From: Oligoflexia bacterium | GTDB taxonomy: Bacteria; Bdellovibrionota; UBA1018 | Direction: 5' to 3' | DNA length: 12,658 nt | Assembly (NCBI GenBank): GCA_043732485.1 | Contig: JAYTHP010000132.1 | Span: 1 to 12,658 of the forward strand | In this document: positions 1 through 7,875 of the stretch, in pieces | Numbering within the stretch: position 1 is the first letter of the stretch | Layout: each line of letters opens with the position of its first letter | Translations under genes and position numbers: made by a program | The notes under the pieces: generated by a model | Seen by the model: only the letters and a program-made list of their open reading frames with translations | Databases searched by the model: none | Told to the model about the DNA's origin: nothing

Positions 1-134
1 TGGACAGTTGAGTCGATGTCGATCACACTCGGGTCGGCTAGGCCGCAACTGACGGCCTTCTTTACGATCACCTCGTTGATCTTCGCTTTGGTCGCAGGGG
101 ATAGCCGGCTGCGAAACTCCTCAGCCTTGATTGG
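1..134 (-). mobile_element. Internal fragment of a probable IS5-family DDE transposase, running off the left edge of the window
   Basis: Hand translation of the minus strand from 134 to 1 is open: PIKAEEFRSRLSPATKAKINEVIVKKAVSCGLADPSVIDIDSTV. The FRxRL...A...G...D(S/T)TV layout matches the region leading to the first catalytic Asp of IS5-type transposases. It is absent from the ORF track, presumably because there is no stop inside the window. Confidence 0.65.
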
Positions 135-1194
135 GTGCGGGGTTTTCACTGCTCGAGATGGCTGCTGGAGATGATGGTGGCGCTCACCATGGCCGCTAGC
201 ATGAGAGACGCCTCTTGGGTGCAGGCTGATCAGAGGGCACAACTCGCCATGGACGGAGTGGTGACTTCCTTGAAGGCGGTTTCTAAGAACCCGGCGGCTT
301 GCTCCCATGTTTTCTCGGTAGCTGGTGCCACGTTTAACCCGGAGGGTTTTGCACAAAGCGCCGTCTCGCCTTTGACGAGTAATATCACATTTTCGAACGG
401 CTTGACGTTGTATGCGCCGCCGGTTTCCGTGGGGGGCAACCTTTTTTTTGGCAATCTGCAGGTTAGCCAGCTGCAGTGGTGGAGTAATTAGGTAGGAGTG
501 AGTGTTAGGCCGTTAGGTCAAACCACGGTGTCGCTAGGTGGAGTATCTCGGGTGCTGACCCATTATTTAGCAGTTTTAGAGGTCGTAGGGCCCCTGGTTG
601 TGGCAGTTTCAAGCGGGGCGACGCTCTCCAGCTTTGGTGGCCTTGCAATTTTCTGTAGATCCTTTGACGCAAAGGATTACAAGTTGCACGTCTACCCTGA
701 GTTACTTCACCGAATGGTTGTGTCAGAGATTTAACGGTGTCTGGGGCAGCTCGGTAGCTAACACCTGCAACGTCTATGCAGCCAGCTTGTCGGCTTATTG
801 TCGCATACTCGGAGGGACGATTAACGCGCCTGGAAGTACGCTTGCGTGTATTTTTCTTGTGAATTCAGCTAGTTCCTATACTTCAGCGAGTTTGTGCCAG
901 TCCCTCTCGGGCGGCACGCGGGCCTTTCAAGCGGAGGCTTCCTATGCTTGCGCCTTACCCGTGAGTGCCTCTACGGCCTTTCGGGCGGGGGCGATTTGCC
1001 CTAGCTCTGGAGGCTTATCGGGCTCACGGTGTTTCCAATCGAGCGTGATTGCAAGTCATTTTCCGACTTGCAATGCAAGCACGGACGGTTTGCTGCAAGA
1101 CGTCCCGGGTTCAGGACTTTATGCCTGCCAGGGGAGCGCGCGGCAATGGCTCAATATTTTTACCGGGCAGCCACTTTCAGGAGGTAGGCGCTGA
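131..1194 (+). pseudogene. Disrupted prepilin-type (type IV pilin/T2SS pseudopilin-like) gene with a Cys-rich C-terminal domain
   Basis: A prepilin cleavage motif G|FSLLEM lies at 140-160 and continues as LLEMMVALTM in another frame after an imperfect 13-bp duplication (149-161/162-174). ORFs 135-491 and 498-734 share a frame and are split by one TAG (489-491). A further frameshift near 590-640 leads into ORF 598-1194, which has three C-x2-3-(L/F)-x0-1-(G/N)G-x8-12-C units (LCQRFNGVW..C, YCRILGGT..C, LCQSLSGGT..C). Confidence 0.7.
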
Positions 1195-1206
1195 GGTATT
1201 AAAAGG

Positions 1207-1247
1207 ATAGGGAGGGCTTTACCGTCGCTGTCGTCGAAGCCCCCTAT
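1207..1247 (-). terminator. Possible intrinsic terminator between convergent genes
   Basis: Imperfect stem ATAGGGAGGGCTT (1207-1219) / AAGCCCCCTAT (1237-1247), followed on the minus strand by CCTTTTAA. The loop is large and the stem overlaps the stop codon, so support is weak. Confidence 0.3.
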
Positions 1248-1696
1248 TGAGCCTTCCGGTCAAAAATAGACCCCTGGTGACCTTGGTTGCTGACTGTGGT
1301 TTTTTTCTGCTGCTGCGCATAGTTTTTAAGGACCTGTTGAGTGTCTTTTTTGTCGTGATTGGCAAGCTGCTCGGCCTCAGCAAACAGCGCGAGGATCGGG
1401 GTCACTTCGGGTGGGGCAAGGGGTCTAGCAGGGTTCGTTGGCAAGCCGCCACCGAGGGGTTGCGGCTTGGAGTCTTTTTGATCGCCTTGCAGCGCCTGCT
1501 GCTCGCTAGACAGGAGGGGGGCGGTGTTGTCGCTGGCCGTGGAGTTGTCGGCGGGGTGGATAAGCTCTGGGTCGGGGGCCGGGCAAGAGCGCGAGGCTTT
1601 TTTAAGCACCTGGGTCAGGGGGTGGAGTGGGTCCGTTTTTTGAAGGGTGAGCGCCTTCAGGTGCTTGCTTAAGACTTTTTTAACCTGCTTGAGCAT
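1244..1696 (-). CDS. Hypothetical protein, 150 aa, largely low-complexity/disordered
   Basis: ATG start preceded by a purine-rich RBS (AAGGGAGATTGAGGAAA-ATG). Hydrophilic Pro/Gln/Lys-rich composition, ending in a short motif-like tail (Y...QGSIFDRKAQ). Confidence 0.7.
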   Translation of the reverse strand: MLKQVKKVLSKHLKALTLQKTDPLHPLTQVLKKASRSCPAPDPELIHPADNSTASDNTAPLLSSEQQALQGDQKDSKPQPLGGGLPTNPARPLAPPEVTPILALFAEAEQLANHDKKDTQQVLKNYAQQQKKTTVSNQGHQGSIFDRKAQ

Positions 1697-2069
1697 TTCC
1701 TCAATCTCCCTTTTTTTCTTTTGTCTTTGGTCTTAGGGCGCGCTTTGAAGCTTGTTGCGCTCATTGTTTCTTTAAGTATTGATAATCTTTCACTATTTTA
1801 CGCACATGTGATCAGCTGCGCTTATTTGCGTAGGCGCTCTCTACTCTCAGCCCACAAACACAGGCCTTCGTTCCTTCTCTTACGTTCCGAATTCTTTTGC
1901 CCCCCGCTGGCTCAGGGCGGTTCCTTGGCCGCCCGATGGGGGGCACCCTCAAGACGCAGAGGGTCGCCGGGTGGCGTTGAGGGCTAGTCTTAAGCAGAGC
2001 GCGTGTGGGGAGTGGATTTGAGGCCAAAAAACACGCTGCTGCGCGTAGAAAAATACGCTCGTTAGGGGC

Positions 2070-2096
2070 TTATCGGTAAATATTACAATAAAATTA
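2070..2096 (-). promoter_or_regulatory. Putative sigma28 (FliA)-type promoter pointing toward the 1244-1696 gene
   Basis: Minus strand reads TAAT-N15-ACCGATAA against the consensus TAAA-N15-GCCGATAA (one mismatch per box, exact spacing), within an AT-rich patch. Confidence 0.35.
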
Positions 2097-2559
2097 GTAA
2101 AATTTACTGTATAGAATGGCCGACAATCTCTTGCTTGCGGATCAACTATTTTCAGTGGGGGGTTGACCCAACCCGACTTGCAATGCTAACACTTAAGAGA
2201 GTGTTCTTTCAGACACGGTTTTGCTTAAAGAAGCGTCGAGGGTGTGGCTGGACCGTGTGCCTTCACCGAGTGCTTGAATTGCTTACCTTGGCTTTCCTTG
2301 ATGGGTCAGCAAACTCGTGCACCGCCAACGTGAGATCTGGAGATCGAAAAAAACGATGAGTCACCGCTCGAGCCCGTGGACAGAGTTTGAACAGCAGGCC
2401 AGGTTTTTGCAGAGTCACTGCAGAGTCCAGGTCTTAGCTGCGTTTGTGGACCGAAAACCTAAAATCCTATTACAGACAAAAGAGCCAGGTTTCCTCGCTG
2501 ACGCCAGTCGTCAGTCGGGTTGATCTTTTATGCTGAAACCTATAAAGAGTGAATAACTT

Positions 2560-3801
2560 ATGGACTTATTTGAAAAATGTCGTGAATTCCAGGATGTAAA
2601 GCAGGCGAAAGCGGCGGGGCTGTATCCATTTTTTCGCCCGATTGAATCCACGACGGGTTCGAGTGTGGTGACGCATGGTAAACGCCGGGTAATGATTGGT
2701 TCTAATAATTACTTAGGTTTCACCCATCATCCTAGGGTGCAAGCGGCAGCTAAAGCGGCGATTGATCGCTTTGGTACGGGCTGCACGGGCTCACGCTTTT
2801 TAAATGGTAACTTAGTCTTGCATGAGGAGTTGGAAAAGCAACTCGCGCAATTCTTAGGCAAAGAAGCCTGTTTAGTTTATGGCACGGGGTTCTTAGCTAA
2901 TTTAGGCTCGATTTCCACGCTAGTGGGAAGAAACGACGTGATTTATTGTGACCGCGAGAACCATGCTTCGATTATCGAAGGCACGCGCGCTGCTTTAGGC
3001 GACACGGTGAAGTATCGCCACAACAATATGGCAGATTTAGAGCGCGTCTTAAAACTGACGCGTGGCAAGTATGAGGGTGCGCTGATCATTGCAGACGGGG
3101 TGTTCTCGATGTCAGGTGACATTTTGAAGTATCCCGAAGCCTTAGCGTTGGCCAAAAAGTACGAGTGTCGCATTTACGTGGACGATGCCCATGCTTTAGG
3201 CGTACTGGGGCCGGCAGGTCAGGGCACAGAAGCTCATTTTGGTATGCGAGGGACGGCGGATTTGGTGATGGGCACCTTCTCCAAGTCGTTTGCCTCGATT
3301 GGCGGGTACTTAGCGGGTGAGGCTTCGGTGATTGATTATGTCAAGCACAAGGCTCGGCCCTTTATTTTTAGTGCTGCTTTGCCGCCTGCTGCGGCAGCCA
3401 CCGTCTTAGAGTGTTTACGTTTGGTGCAAGAAGAGCCTTGGCACTTGGAGAATCTCTGGCGCAACGCGGCACGGATGAAGAGCACGTTTGAGGACCTGGG
3501 TTACAATACCCTCAACAGTCACACCCCGATCATCCCACTTTTGATCGGGGAAGATCGGATGGCCTTTAGCTTTTCGCAAAAGCTCTATGAGTATGGTATT
3601 TTTGCAACACCTGTGGTGCGACCTGCCGTCCCGGATGGCTGTGCTTTGATCCGTACTAGTTGCATGGCGTCTCATACTGCAAGCGACATGGATTATGTGG
3701 CTGAAGTTTTTGAGAAGCTGGGTAAGAGCTTTGGGATTATTGGTAGCATGGCTTACCAAGAAGAGCTGAGCCGCTTAGCACACGTGCATTTTGGCGCTTG
3801 A
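2560..3801 (+). CDS. spt: PLP-dependent alpha-oxoamine synthase, probable serine palmitoyltransferase
   Basis: Family motifs GSNNYLG, NHASII, DGVFSM, DDAH and GTFSKS (PLP-lysine). The N-terminal GLYPFFRPIES and the GTGCTGSRFLNG segment are of the bacterial SPT type rather than Kbl (GxxSVRFICG) or BioF. It is coupled to a ceramide-synthase-like gene. Confidence 0.85.
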   Translation: MDLFEKCREFQDVKQAKAAGLYPFFRPIESTTGSSVVTHGKRRVMIGSNNYLGFTHHPRVQAAAKAAIDRFGTGCTGSRFLNGNLVLHEELEKQLAQFLGKEACLVYGTGFLANLGSISTLVGRNDVIYCDRENHASIIEGTRAALGDTVKYRHNNMADLERVLKLTRGKYEGALIIADGVFSMSGDILKYPEALALAKKYECRIYVDDAHALGVLGPAGQGTEAHFGMRGTADLVMGTFSKSFASIGGYLAGEASVIDYVKHKARPFIFSAALPPAAAATVLECLRLVQEEPWHLENLWRNAARMKSTFEDLGYNTLNSHTPIIPLLIGEDRMAFSFSQKLYEYGIFATPVVRPAVPDGCALIRTSCMASHTASDMDYVAEVFEKLGKSFGIIGSMAYQEELSRLAHVHFGA

Positions 3802-4979
3802 GTGAAGCGGCTGCGCTGAAAGGGTGGTTGAGCTTGTCGGACCAGATTCGTGTGCACGAGGTCAGCTCTCCAGCTGATTTTAAGCTTTTTGTAGATTTGC
3901 CTTGGACGATTTATCGGGAGGATCCTTTTTGGGTTCCCCCTTTGAAGATGGCCGTGCGTGACTTGCTGGATGTGGCGAAGAATCCTTTCTTTCAGCATGC
4001 CAAGCGGGTGTTGTGGCTAGCTTACCGCGGGGACGAGTGCGTGGGTCGCATTGCAGGGATCCTGGACCCGGTGCACAATCAGTTTCATCAAGAAAACGTG
4101 GTCTTTTTTGGTTTTTTTGAGGTGAAACGGGAGGCTACGGCTGCGGCGCATGCGCTTTTAGAGGCGGTGCAAGCTTGGGGCAGCGCGCAAGGCATGCAGG
4201 TGGTGCGCGGTCCAATGAACCCGAGTGTGAATCACGAGTGCGGTTTGTTGGTGGAGGGTTTCCAAGACCCACCGACCGTGATGTCGACTTACAATCCTGA
4301 CTATTATGCTTTGATGCTGGAGACCTGGGGGCTTGCGAAGGCGAAGGACCTTTGGGCTTACCGTATTGAGTATCAGGAGCAATTCTCGACGCGCTTTCAA
4401 AAGCATCAAGACCGGCTTAAAAAACGCTCGAAGGTGACGTTTCGTTCCATTCGCTTGGACCGCTTTACGGAAGAAGTCGATCTCCTGCTTGAGATTTACA
4501 ATGATGCCTGGGAGAAGAACTGGGGATTTGTGCCAATGAGTCCCGCAGAGTTTCGTTATTTAGCCGCGGATTTAAAGCTTATTATCCAGCCTGAGTTGTG
4601 CTTAGTGGCGGAGTTGAATGGGCAGGCCATTGGTTTTTCTTTGGCCTTACCGGATGTTAATCAGGCGATCCAGCGGGTCAAAAGCGGTCAATTGTTGCCT
4701 TTTGGTTTTTTAAGCCTGCTGTGGAATATCAAGGGTCCGGGCAGGCATCGGGTGATTAAGCGCTGTCGGATCATCACCTTAGGGATCAAGAAAGATGCCG
4801 TGCAGCTGGGGGTGGGCCCGCTGTTGTATTCGGAGTATTTTACGCGCTGTAAGCGCTTGGGCTATACTTCGGGTGAGGCTTCCTGGGTCTTAGAGGATAA
4901 TCATGCCATGAACCGTGCCATGGAGATGATGGGCGGCACGCGTTCGAAAGTCTACCGCGTTTACGAGCGTGGGGTTTGA
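3798..4979 (+). CDS. bcerS: Large GNAT-fold N-acyltransferase, probable bacterial ceramide synthase (bCerS/YghO-like)
   Basis: Motifs F..LPW.IY..DP.WVPPL, GRIA, FGFFE, GLLVEGF..PP...YNP.YY, YNDAW..NWGFVP, LPD.N and E.SWVLEDN..M are characteristic of this family of about 390 aa. The TTG start overlaps the spt stop (TTGA, 3798-3801). Confidence 0.78.
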   Translation: MSEAAALKGWLSLSDQIRVHEVSSPADFKLFVDLPWTIYREDPFWVPPLKMAVRDLLDVAKNPFFQHAKRVLWLAYRGDECVGRIAGILDPVHNQFHQENVVFFGFFEVKREATAAAHALLEAVQAWGSAQGMQVVRGPMNPSVNHECGLLVEGFQDPPTVMSTYNPDYYALMLETWGLAKAKDLWAYRIEYQEQFSTRFQKHQDRLKKRSKVTFRSIRLDRFTEEVDLLLEIYNDAWEKNWGFVPMSPAEFRYLAADLKLIIQPELCLVAELNGQAIGFSLALPDVNQAIQRVKSGQLLPFGFLSLLWNIKGPGRHRVIKRCRIITLGIKKDAVQLGVGPLLYSEYFTRCKRLGYTSGEASWVLEDNHAMNRAMEMMGGTRSKVYRVYERGV

Positions 4980-5065
4980 CGCTTGTGCGGGCCAAAAGCC
5001 TTGCAGTTGACGTTGATTGGTGGTGGGGAAAATGCGCGGCTACGCACGAAAGCGTGAGTTGACTC

Positions 5066-5605
5066 ATGCGCATTTTGGGAGTAGACCCTGGATCAAGACA
5101 AACGGGTTTTGGCTGCGTGGATTGGCAGCAAAGAAAGCTGACTTACGTCAGTTGTGGCACCTTGAAATTATCCAGTGTGCACGGCAAGTCGGTGGTGCCG
5201 CTGGAGGATCGCTTGGTGTTGCTCTTTGATGAGCTCTCGCAGGTGATTGCCGATCATCGACCGCAGGTGATGGTGATTGAGAAAGTTTTTTTTGCCAACA
5301 ACGTGACTTCGGCTTTAAAACTAGGGCACGCACGAGGGGTGGCGATGCTGGTAGGGAAACGGCAGGGTTTGCAGCTGGTGGAGTACTCGCCGACCCAGGT
5401 GAAAAGTACGGTCAGTGGTTACGGGCAAGCGGATAAGCAGCAGGTGGCAAAGATGGTGCAACTCATTTTAGGGAAACGAGAGTTTTCTACGTTTGATGCT
5501 TCCGATGGTTTGGCGCTGGCGATTTGTCATGCCTACCTTGCCCCTAAGCCCGCAGTCTTAGTGGCGGCGGCGGCGGCGGCGGCAGCGGCGAGCGCGGGGC
5601 GCTGA
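5066..5605 (+). CDS. ruvC: Crossover junction endodeoxyribonuclease RuvC
   Basis: MRILGVDPGS...GFG, IEKVFFA.N..SALKLGHARGV, EYSPTQVK..V.GYG.ADK.QV..MV and DASDGLALAICH; directly upstream of ruvA. Confidence 0.98.
   Translation: MRILGVDPGSRQTGFGCVDWQQRKLTYVSCGTLKLSSVHGKSVVPLEDRLVLLFDELSQVIADHRPQVMVIEKVFFANNVTSALKLGHARGVAMLVGKRQGLQLVEYSPTQVKSTVSGYGQADKQQVAKMVQLILGKREFSTFDASDGLALAICHAYLAPKPAVLVAAAAAAAAASAGR
5564..5590 (+). repeat. (GCG)6 GCA (GCG)2 trinucleotide repeat encoding a 9-Ala tail on RuvC
   Basis: Read directly from the sequence; it lies after the last conserved RuvC motif. Confidence 0.95.
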
Positions 5606-6423
5606 TGCTAGGCTACTTGCGCGGCGTGATCCTTGAGCAGGCGCCAGGCCAGTTGCTAGTCGGTGTCGGCTCGGCAGCCAGTGGCATGCTGGGCTATGAG
5701 GTGGCCGTGACCAGCGGTTTGGCGCTTACGACTCACTCAAGTCAAGCTCCAAGCCTCGGTCAGGAGATTGAACTTTTTCTCTACACCCATGTCCGGGAAG
5801 AAGCCTTTGATCTGTATGGCTTTCACAACCGGGTAGAAAAGGCCATTTTTTTAAGTCTGCTCAGCGTGAGTGGGATTGGCCCCAAAAGTGCGTTAGCGAT
5901 TCTTTCGGCGGTGGCGCCCTTGCAGCTGGTCGATGCGATCATTCGTGGCGACCAGCGCTATTTAAATGCTTTGCCCGGGGTGGGGAAGAAGACGGCTGAG
6001 CGTTTGGTGGTGGAGCTGCGCGATAGTTTGCAGAAGCGTAAAAACCAGGGCGATTTTTTGGTAGAGCGGGCCCCGAGTCTGCAGGTGGGGCAACGAAAGC
6101 TAGGGAGCGGGAGTGGTGGGAGCGCCGAGGCATTTCCGCTACTGCTTCGGGCTATTACGGGCTCAGGTGATGGCCTGGTGGGGGCTGAGGGCGATCACGA
6201 AACTGGGCCTGAGAGTTCACCTGAAGAGCGGCAGGCAGTTTGGTGTAACGACGCGCACGATGCGCTCGTGGGTCTGGGTTACCGCCCTTTTGACGTGCAG
6301 CAGATGCTGCACGCTTGCTTGAGTGAGCCTGGGTTTAAGCCGCAAGGAGCCCAAGACCTCGTGCGCCAGGTGTTACGAGCCTTGGCGCAGCGATCTCAAG
6401 ACCAGCGCGCCCAAGACCGCTAA
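5605..6423 (+). CDS. ruvA: Holliday junction branch migration protein RuvA with an expanded interdomain linker
   Basis: MLGYLRG, GYEV, YTHVREE...LYGF, two HhH motifs (VSGIGPKSALAILS, LPGVGKKTAERLVVELRD) and C-terminal DALVGLGY. TGATG overlap with the ruvC stop. Confidence 0.97.
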   Translation: MLGYLRGVILEQAPGQLLVGVGSAASGMLGYEVAVTSGLALTTHSSQAPSLGQEIELFLYTHVREEAFDLYGFHNRVEKAIFLSLLSVSGIGPKSALAILSAVAPLQLVDAIIRGDQRYLNALPGVGKKTAERLVVELRDSLQKRKNQGDFLVERAPSLQVGQRKLGSGSGGSAEAFPLLLRAITGSGDGLVGAEGDHETGPESSPEERQAVWCNDAHDALVGLGYRPFDVQQMLHACLSEPGFKPQGAQDLVRQVLRALAQRSQDQRAQDR

Positions 6424-6429
6424 CCCACA

Positions 6430-7524
6430 GTGAGGTCAAGGATCCTGATGAATTTAGATGAAGACCCTCCTGAGCTAAAAAGCCCTGAACTGAGTCCGGA
6501 AAAGAATGAGCTTGAGCGCTTGCCCTTGAGTCTGGATGAAAGTCTCAGACCGGCTGAAATGGACGAGTACATCGGCCAAAAGAAGGTGAAAGAAAACCTC
6601 ACGCTCTTTATGACAGCCGCTCGCGCCCGGGGCGACTCGTTGGATCATGTGTTACTGGCCGGACCGCCTGGCTTAGGCAAGACCACGCTTGCGCACCTGA
6701 TTGCGCGCGAAATGTCAGCGCAGTTGCACACCGTGACGGGACCGAATGTCGATAAAAAAGGGGATTTGGCAGCGATTTTAACCAATCTCCAGCCAGGAGA
6801 CGTGCTGTTTATTGACGAAGTCCATCGGCTGCAAAAAAACATCGAAGAAGTGCTTTACGGCGCCATGGAAGATTTTAAGCTGGATTTGATCATGGGGCAA
6901 GGGCCTGCCGCCAGGACCTTGCGCATTGATTTACCGAAATTCACGCTGGTGGGAGCCACCACGCGCACGGGGTTGTTATCTAACCCGTTGCGGGATCGCT
7001 TCGGGGTGCAGTTGCGGCTAGATTTTTACCCGGTTGCGGAATTAGAAAAAATCGTCTCTCGCTCCGCGCGTTTGCTAAAAATTGAGCTGGAAAGTGCGGC
7101 AGCAACCGAAGTGGCTGCGCGTTCACGCGGGACCCCGCGTATTGCTAATCGCTTGCTCAAGCGGGTGCGGGACTTTGCGCAAGTCACAGGCGGCAGGAGT
7201 CTGGTGCAGGGGATTCGCGTCACGCGGGGGATGGCCCAAGACGCGTTAGCGTTGTTTGAAGTCGATGATCGCGGCTTAGATTGGATGGACCGGAAGTTCC
7301 TGGCCTGGATTATCGACAAGTTTGACGGCGGACCGGTGGGGATTGAAACGCTTTCTTCGGCGTTAGGCGAAGAGCGCGACACGTTAGAAGACGTCTATGA
7401 GCCCTACTTGATTCAAGAGGGCTTGCTGCAGCGGACCAGCCGCGGACGGGTGGCCACTCGCACCGCCTACTTGCATCTGGGGCGCCCGTTTCCTCTAGAG
7501 TTGAAGCAAAAGCAAGAAGTGTAG
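6430..7524 (+). CDS. ruvB: Holliday junction branch migration DNA helicase RuvB (start may be ATG 6448)
   Basis: LRP..DEYIGQ, Walker [10 protein letters not shown], Walker [50 protein letters not shown] and EPYLIQ. Confidence 0.99.
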   Translation: MRSRILMNLDEDPPELKSPELSPEKNELERLPLSLDESLRPAEMDEYIGQKKVKENLTLFMTAARARGDSLDHVLLAGPPGLGKTTLAHLIAREMSAQLHTVTGPNVDKKGDLAAILTNLQPGDVLFIDEVHRLQKNIEEVLYGAMEDFKLDLIMGQGPAARTLRIDLPKFTLVGATTRTGLLSNPLRDRFGVQLRLDFYPVAELEKIVSRSARLLKIELESAAATEVAARSRGTPRIANRLLKRVRDFAQVTGGRSLVQGIRVTRGMAQDALALFEVDDRGLDWMDRKFLAWIIDKFDGGPVGIETLSSALGEERDTLEDVYEPYLIQEGLLQRTSRGRVATRTAYLHLGRPFPLELKQKQEV

Positions 7525-7727
7525 CAAAAAAGACACAATCCTTTACTGTGCTTTCGCGCGCTTTAGGGTAAGATTACCACACCTAGGCGGTGCGGTTTGG
7601 CAGGGCAGGGGTGCGCCTGGGATTCCGTACTAAAAATTATTTTGCTCATGAAAAGTGAATGCTTACTGAGTGTTGTGCTTGAGCCGAAGCACTTGATAGG
7701 ACTGGTTTTGTCGAGCTGTCTGGAGCT

Positions 7728-7745
7728 TAGGCACACTTATTGCAA
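7728..7745 (+). promoter_or_regulatory. Sigma54 (RpoN) -24/-12 promoter upstream of lpxC
   Basis: TAGGCACACTTATTGCAA has GG (7730-7731)-N10-GC (7742-7743), close to the consensus TGGCACG-N4-TTGCW. It is intergenic, correctly oriented and about 130 bp before the lpxC ATG. Confidence 0.75.
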
Positions 7746-7875
7746 TCTTTTTGAAAGTGAGAGCATAAGCTGAGCTTGAAAAACTGATCTTGAAGCATTA
7801 AGCTTGCAGCAGAGAGTGTGGGCTCAACAACGGGTGAGCGAAAACAACGCGCAGGAGTAAGGAGCGGTAGAGAGC

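Noticed and set aside
489..491. In-frame TAG in the pilin-like gene as evidence of amber recoding or readthrough
   Set aside because: TAG ends ruvB and two other genes at sensible positions, and the same gene also has frameshifts, so it is an ordinary nonsense lesion.
1247..1672. 141-aa hydrophobic-looking + strand ORF
   Set aside because: Antisense shadow of 1244-1696, which has the ATG and RBS.
1721..2523. Short ORFs 1721-1987, 1812-2027, 2135-2359 and 2317-2523
   Set aside because: Weak starts, no convincing RBS and no recognisable motifs. A small protein from ATG 2356 cannot be fully excluded.
2560..3801. Annotation as bioF or kbl
   Set aside because: No bio or tdh neighbours; signature segments and coupling to a bCerS-like gene favour Spt.
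4980..5065. LexA/SOS box upstream of ruvCAB
   Set aside because: No palindrome matching a LexA motif I know is visible.
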